From positions 6,634,001 through 6,698,000 of the forward strand of contig JAYWIR010000002.1 in the NCBI GenBank assembly GCA_036172245.1: a stretch of 64,000 nt of DNA. The letters run 5' to 3'. Below the pieces are notes generated by a model, which saw only the letters and a list, made by a program, of their open reading frames with translations, was not told the DNA's origin and searched no databases. Origin of the DNA: Raillietiella orientalis (Eukaryota). Each line of letters starts with the position of its first letter. Within the stretch, counting starts at the first letter, position 1. Below are positions 61,620 to 64,000 of the stretch, one piece after another. Position numbers and translations under genes: made by a program.

Positions 61620-64000
61620 ACGGGCGGAAATTTGTTGGAACTTCTCTGGAAAGTCCATATCCTAGCACTCAATATTTGTTCCATAAGCATGGGATCACTC
61701 GCCATTTTACATGTAATCTTCTTAGTAAATCCTCAACATTTCCTCTTTTTTTTTTCTTGTTCTTTTAACAAGTACTCTGACTCTGACAGTTCCTTATTGC
61801 ACACATTTGTAAAGCAAATGCCGCCATATCGCACTGATCAAGAGGACCTCTCAAAAGATATTTGCAGGAGCTGAGAACACATTTCCGAGTTTAGACCATT
61901 TTCCGGTTTGAACATCTCGAACTCAAAACAAACTCCAGTACAAATACCCAAAACCTCACATTCTTTCAAGCAGATGCACACGGATGCTTCAATTAGCTTA
62001 GCTTAGAAATCACTTACTGAAGGATAGTCTCAGGTTTACCAGACTAGAATAGTGATTACTTAATTGGTACCGAAACCTGAAATTGATGAAAGGATGATTT
62101 CCGAATTTCTGACTTCAGCTCAATGATGCTTTTAAATATCATAAAGACTGAAGGTTTGATTTCTCAAGTTACTTCGTATAACGAGGGAAATGGTTTTACG
62201 AGTGCTATGGGTTACACATGGATAAGATGAGAGTCTTGATAAAAGATAGACCATACATCTTAAAAGCATTCATACTGTAAAATATGTATGAATTTACTTC
62301 AAAACAAAAAGAGAAATTAAAAATATTATCTATTATCTCAATGGAAGTAAAAACAGCTTTCAAAGTTTTGCTGATATTTAATGAAGTGAAACAATTCTGT
62401 AGTTTTAGCTTTATCATTTTCGTTGTTGGAAAATGCTATTTTATCCTTGTCTTGCTATTTTAATCATGAAAGTTTGAATGGAATAGAACGCAACTTACCT
62501 AAATCATGCATCCATATTCTTTTTGAAAACATCTAAACTGGGACACTAAACCACAAAATTAAAATTTAACCAAAGAGTTGCACGTGGAGGATTTGTAGCC
62601 TTACACGAGGACTGTCCCCACGTTTTTAGTCTCGTTGTACGAATCCGTATTATAGAGATCTGTATTATCCGTATTATAGTTCTGCTGCATTCACTAAATC
62701 ATGAAAAACATTCGTTTTGTGATAAAATTTAGAAAAACGCAAAATGAAATGTGAGTGTGAAAAGAAGATATGTCTCCATTTGGATACTGCCATATGATTC
62801 TTCTAGATGTCCGTGAATCAGAGAAGACGAAATTTGGTTTTGCATTTGGCATTTGGTTATTGCATGCCTTCTATTTTCGTGAGAATTTTTAATTTATTTA
62901 AATGCTCACTTGCTTTAATTCTTGAAGCTGATTTCCCTGTGTTTCCATTTCGTGGTCACAAAGAAGTCATAGGAAAGACAAAGTGACCCATTTGTTTTGC
63001 AGCACATGGGAGAGTTTTTTTGGATCCGAAGATAAGGCATCTTTCTCTAGTTGATTACTCTGAAGCTTTTTTTCTGAAACTCATCGTATCTCCTCTACTT
63101 TCCGTGATTCCTGCCTTTTCTGCCTTTCGTTCATTGTAAATAAACATGTCATTAATTTTAGTTTTCATTTGTTTAAAAGAAAAAGGATTAACTTGAAGGT
63201 TCCCTTGAGGAGGGAGCATTTTGAAGAAAGAATTTCACAGTTCCAGAATGTTCTTTGCCGGAAGCTAATTAGATCAAGCTGGAATCCGATCCAATCAGAG
63301 AATACCTTCGTGAAAGGAAAATTCATAATTTTAATGAAAAAGTATCTGTTCTTGTGGAGTTGATATTATATATTAGTTAATGATGCATTCTAGTTTTGAT
63401 TGTTGTTTAACTATTTACAAACCTGGGATATGAAAAAAAAAGAAAAAGAAAGAACGAAAGAGAGCCCCCATCTGGTCCAAATCTAACATTTCTGCAATCT
63501 CTGCATGTCTTTAAAAAATAGGTGTTGAATATACGGTAGCTATTTTCCAAAATTTTATGTATAAGAGAAAAGAACTCGAGGAGTCTGTATAATCCGCAAT
63601 TCCGGAAATAATCCCAATGGGCCCCTTGGAGCTGCTCACAGACGAGCGTGTGCGCTTCAAGTAATGGGCTAACTAAATGGCTCATGACAATGCCTGAAGG
63701 ACTCATGTCTTCTTCTCACTTTGCAAACGGTTTGCAAGGCTGTCAATGGTTTTAGGTATCATGCAGTCCTGTTAACAAAAGGTCCGTGTGCTGGGAATTG
63801 CTAAAACACTCGCGTTCCTACACTCACTGGCTACAAATCTGCCAAATCCTGCCAATCTTAATTTTTCCAGTATTTCTGAGCATCTACGTGAGCAGCTGTT
63901 TGAAGTCATGAAGGCAGTGACCGACACAAATTTAAGCTCCTTCGACGGAATCCACGAGTTTCGTTTTCCGAGAATTCACGGGGAGCTCTTAGAAGCTCAA
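61620..64000 (+). mobile_element. AT-decayed DIRS-type relic(s), running off the window edge
   Basis: GGNL..W (~61623), DRPYILK, KQFCSF..GKCYF, NLEK, DAF/SFDC (~63382), APIWSKS (~63464). The open frame 63776-64000 gives IAKTLAFLHSL..LNFSSI..SSFDGIHEFRFPR (YR N-terminal domain-like). Confidence 0.58.

Overview
Eukaryotic (animal, probably invertebrate) genomic DNA. Only one intact host gene is supportable: a 5-exon TMEM231 (ciliary transition-zone protein) at 57705-58797 with 39-47 nt introns. Most of the remaining sequence, which the ORF track shows only as GC-driven junk ORFs, appears by motif reading to be about 20 very old DIRS-type (tyrosine-recombinase) retrotransposon relics. They keep the RT > RNase H > methyltransferase-like > YR domain order, recur roughly every 2-3.5 kb, and all but one lie on the + strand. 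The relics have decayed toward roughly 60% GC (CpG-rich) left of ~52 kb and toward roughly 35% GC right of TMEM231 (by-eye estimates). Also present: three diverged copies of a ~750 nt tRNA-headed SINE-like element with an ~85 nt periodic body, a piggyBac 3' remnant, an AT-rich palindrome island (7.1-7.3 kb), a nested long hairpin (59.1-59.4 kb) and TF-motif-rich AT micro-islands. All DIRS assignments are by-eye matches to remembered family consensus motifs across frameshifts and need HMM confirmation.
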